DNA of 64,000 nucleotides from NCBI GenBank assembly GCA_976226885.1, contig OZ320313.1, positions 112,282,001-112,346,000 of the forward strand, read 5' to 3'. The translations under genes and the position numbers were made by a program. Source of the stretch: Iphione sp. A-MEVVRFRX5 (Eukaryota). The notes under the pieces were generated by a model. That model was not told the DNA's origin. It did no database searches and saw only the letters and a list, made by a program, of their open reading frames with translations. Below, piece after piece: positions 61,901 through 64,000 of this stretch (positions are counted from its first letter, which is position 1; every line of letters begins with the position of its first letter).

Positions 61901-64000
61901 AAACTATAGATTCATTACAGTAACTTCATGAATTATGTGGTAGTTACACCATTGTTTCAATTTGCTCATTAATATTTTGGAGTTTTGTCTCATGATATGC
62001 GTTTTACCAATACTAAACAGGTGTAAAATACCGATTTATTAGATTGTGACTGGAAACTATATTCATATCGCTGTTCATATCGCAAGGGGTTACTGAGCAG
62101 ATAAATTTAGACAACTACAGAAGGGTCTTTATATCTAAGGGTTTGTTTGAAGGTGAGGCCAGGTTGCATAGATCAATCGCAGGAGGTCCTGTAAGACCAT
62201 GACTTGCGGCTTGGTGGTTTGGGGTTTGCCTGGGCATATCTCAGATAGGGCCAGTTCTAACCTGAAAGCTTGCTGCTTCGGTTTTGTTGCGACCATAACA
62301 TTTTCTAGCCTCTAACACTCGCCCTAGAATGTATACAGTGAAAGATAATACTTCCTCAAATAATAACAAGAAAATACAAAGAAAAAACACATTTTCAGTG
62401 AAGAAACGGTTTATTACTCAACATACATTTTATTAAAACTCATGGTACAGTACCATGTGTTCTGGATGAAAATAATCCAATATGTGATGTCACGATATAC
62501 TTCAAATGGAATAGAGACGTTAAAATCGATGCTAATAATAAGAATAGGTACAATATAATAATCATATATTTGTGTCATAAATATATAAGAATATGGTTCT
62601 ACATGTGTATGACTGCCGTTTACAATGCACGCTCTTGTGAAGAGCGTTAAAATGTACATTTATTATTAAAGTGTTTGCCTATAGTTGACAATGACACTAA
62701 TACACAAAACAAAACTAAAATACAAGAACTGTGCTCTGTTGGCGGTTTGTCATTAAATATAACGACTCATCGATGACCATTTCAAGTTAACTTCGGGATC
62801 AAGAGTGGATGAGTCAATGTTAAGTCTTTAATGAACTCAACACCCTGGTCAGACAAAGAGATGTCGCTGGCAACTACATATATAGAGTTCTACATGGTAT
62901 GTGCGATGGTACACGTTGCATACATGATCGACTTCTATTCAAGATGAACTCGTCCACTCCGTTACCATTTGTGTAATAAAGGGCCTTTCGCACATGCGTC
63001 CTTAATCAACCTAAACTTCTGTACGAATCAGTAGGTGATGTGCTCATGGACACGTTCAAAATTTCATGAAATATCTATGCGGCTCACAATTCTATAATAT
63101 AACGATCCATTGTCACGCCTCGAAAAGATCAATGAAATACATAAGTCACGAAGCTTCTTTCTGGACAAAGTTTCCGATTCACACTTAAGCAGTTTTGGAG
63201 GTCTTTCGATTTTACTTCAATTTTTTTCAATACTTTTAAAAGATATACGTGTACATATAACTGGATTTGTATCCAGTCGTACTAACTCTCACTGAAAGAA
63301 AAAGTTAGTGAACGTTGCAATAATGATCACTAATATAGGCAAGGCTGAAAACTAGCGTTTCAGCTTGACTAATGCCTTAAATGCCTTAAGCGAGTTCTAA
63401 ACGACGTTTGAGTAAGGTTAACTGCTTTTAATCAAATTTGAGATCCTTCTTTCAATAGTAACAGTTTGTCTACTACTGATCTGGCAGGTACTCGAACACG
63501 CCCCCCCCCCCCCCTCTAAGCATGATAAATGACCGTAATGTCAATTCGGTGTGGGTCCTCCGTGAAAAATTTCAGTGATTAATGTGCAGACATGCAAATA
63601 GCCTTCCCTAACATTCTCTACGTCAATGCTGGAAGGTACACAACTACTCATGAGAATTGTACCAGGAACACTTAGGACAAGTTGTGCCATACTGGAAGTA
63701 ATTTTCATTTATACTCTTTAGATTCGATGGTATTTACAGCTACTGTGCAATACACCTTAACGACTGTCTGATTGACACAATGATGATTCTGACTAAATAC
63801 GAAAAACATGGGACTGACTTTAAACGATACCTAAGACCCCATAAAAAGTCACAGACTGTGATCCTTGCTATATATAGTGTGCAGTTGTGTAAGTTGAGTT
63901 AAGGACATTTGCTAACTAGCCTCGGTAATCCGTTTGAGCGAACGACTGAATATTTAAGCCACCACTGTTTTCGGTGATGTAGACATCACCTGGTCACACT

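Noticed and set aside
1-64000. tRNA, rRNA or snRNA genes
   Set aside because: I found no convincing cloverleaf, A/B-box pair or rRNA-like sequence by eye. tRNAscan-SE and Infernal would be needed to exclude them.

Overview
AT-rich, intron-rich animal genomic DNA, most likely from a lophotrochozoan (spiralian) invertebrate, judged from the troponin C sequence. I assembled three protein-coding genes by hand, all on the + strand. (1) An intronless type II membrane DXD glycosyltransferase of family GT32 (2188-3303). (2) A six-exon invertebrate troponin C (16725-23571) with two candidate alternative terminal exons. (3) A 27-coding-exon villin/advillin of about 822 aa with six gelsolin domains and a headpiece (39203-55091). 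The intergenic and intronic space is full of transposon debris: CR1/L2-like LINE fragments, three Penelope-like (GIY-YIG) remnants, two decayed Ty3/Gypsy remnants, several MITE families, tandem arrays, and a roughly 1.3 kb foldback palindrome spanning a 156-N assembly gap. The most notable observations are: a hammerhead ribozyme core that ends a Penelope copy at its predicted cleavage site; four covarying stem-loops in a LINE 3' UTR; a CAG-ended MITE with 5-bp target duplications; selective loss of the G3 calcium site in the villin; and alternative C-terminal helices in troponin C. I found no CRISPR array, rRNA or tRNA. All calls come from manual reading with no database search.
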